From a virus (Duplodnaviria; Caudoviricetes): a stretch of DNA of 64,000 nucleotides. Below, in pieces: positions 63,264-64,000 of the stretch. The stretch covers positions 1 through 64,000 of the IMG/VR virus record IMGVR_UViG_3300037400_001189. One strand, 5' to 3'. The notes beneath the pieces were generated by a model that was not told the DNA's origin, did not search any database, and saw nothing but the letters and a program-made list of their open reading frames with translations. The first letter of the stretch is position 1; each line of letters starts with the position of its first letter. The position numbers were made by a program, and so were the translations under genes.

Positions 63264-64000
63264 ATGCCCTTTGACGGAATGAAATATAACAATGGCAACA
63301 GTGCTCCAGTAAGCACTATGTATCCTCAGCTTAATGATTTCTATTGGCAGAGAAAGTCCCTTATTGAACTCCAGAAGGAGACCTTCTTTGGTCAGCTTGC
63401 CGACACTACTACAATGCCCAAGCATTTTGGCAAGACCATTAAGCTCTATCACTATCTTCCTCTCTTGGATGATAGGAACATTAACGACCAAGGCATCAAT
63501 GCTGCAGGTTCATCTACCGGTACTGTCTACTACATTACTGCTGTAGTTGCTGCAGGCAAGAAGAATGCTGGTCGTCTTGTAAAGAAGTTTACCTCTACCG
63601 TTTCTGCTGCTGATGCTCAGAACAAGGCTATCAAGTGGGCTACTGAAGCTAGAATTACTAGCTCCACTACTTGGGCTAATGTTCAGGCTGATCTTGCTGC
63701 AGACATCACTTTTACTGAATCTACTCTTTCCAAGGTTAATCCCGGCAACCTCTATGGTTCCAGCAGAGATATCGGTACTATTCCTTCCAAGCTTCCCACT
63801 CTTTCTGAAGATGGTGGCAGAGTCAACAGAGTTGGCTTTAGCCGTGTAACTTTGGAAGGCACTATCAACAACTTCGGTTTCTTTGACGAGTACACTCAGG
63901 AATCTCTTGACTTCGATACTGATGCTGAGCTTATGTCCCACATTACCCGTGAGACTACTAGAGCCATGAACCAGATGAACGAAGACATGATTCAAATGGA
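63264..64000 (+). CDS. Major capsid protein (N4 gp56-like), truncated by the window end
   Basis: Translated by hand: MPKHFGKTIKLYHYLPLLDDRNINDQGI...GNLYGSSRDIG...KLPTLSEDGGRVNRVGF...FGFFDEYTQESLDFDTD. Confidence 0.95.
   Translation, partial: MPFDGMKYNNGNSAPVSTMYPQLNDFYWQRKSLIELQKETFFGQLADTTTMPKHFGKTIKLYHYLPLLDDRNINDQGINAAGSSTGTVYYITAVVAAGKKNAGRLVKKFTSTVSAADAQNKAIKWATEARITSSTTWANVQADLAADITFTESTLSKVNPGNLYGSSRDIGTIPSKLPTLSEDGGRVNRVGFSRVTLEGTINNFGFFDEYTQESLDFDTDAELMSHITRETTRAMNQMNEDMIQM

Noticed and set aside
400-63995. Many 60-190 aa opposite-strand or alternate-frame ORFs inside long genes (e.g. 32030-32605, 19589-20056, 44968-45666)
   Set aside because: Shadow ORFs of well-supported genes, with no motifs of their own that I could recognise
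1-64000. Stop-codon reassignment
   Set aside because: Core genes (vRNAP, nrdD, terL, portal) are long and uninterrupted in code 11, TAG/TGA/TAA all end genes, and no suppressor tRNA was found

Overview
This window is most of a lytic N4-like (Schitoviridae-type) phage genome, probably assembled across its terminus. It has three blocks. (1) 4-14165 (+): a giant virion RNA polymerase (at least 4366 aa) and two small genes. (2) 14206-44139 (-): early and middle genes. The early part is an array of small promoter-gene-terminator cassettes; the middle part holds a second RNA polymerase, rIIA/rIIB, ThyX, a primase, a family A DNA polymerase split over three genes, dUTPase, NrdD/NrdG, SSB, an endolysin and 3 tRNAs. 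(3) 44545-64000 (+): terminase, tail fibres, holin, portal and the start of an N4-type major capsid gene. The divergent junction near 44.2-44.4 kb is probably the genome end. An anaerobic Gram-negative host is inferred from NrdDG and the GH108 lysin. The main findings are: ADP-ribosyltransferase-like, HExxH peptidase and NADAR modules inside the virion RNAP; a phage-encoded acyl carrier protein plus ketosynthase; a family of 4-nt-loop DNA hairpins that look like vRNAP promoters; an unsplit RNAPII; a tripartite DNA polymerase; and matched N-/C-terminal motifs on the tail proteins. All family assignments come from motif recognition by eye and recalled reference sequences; no database search was run.
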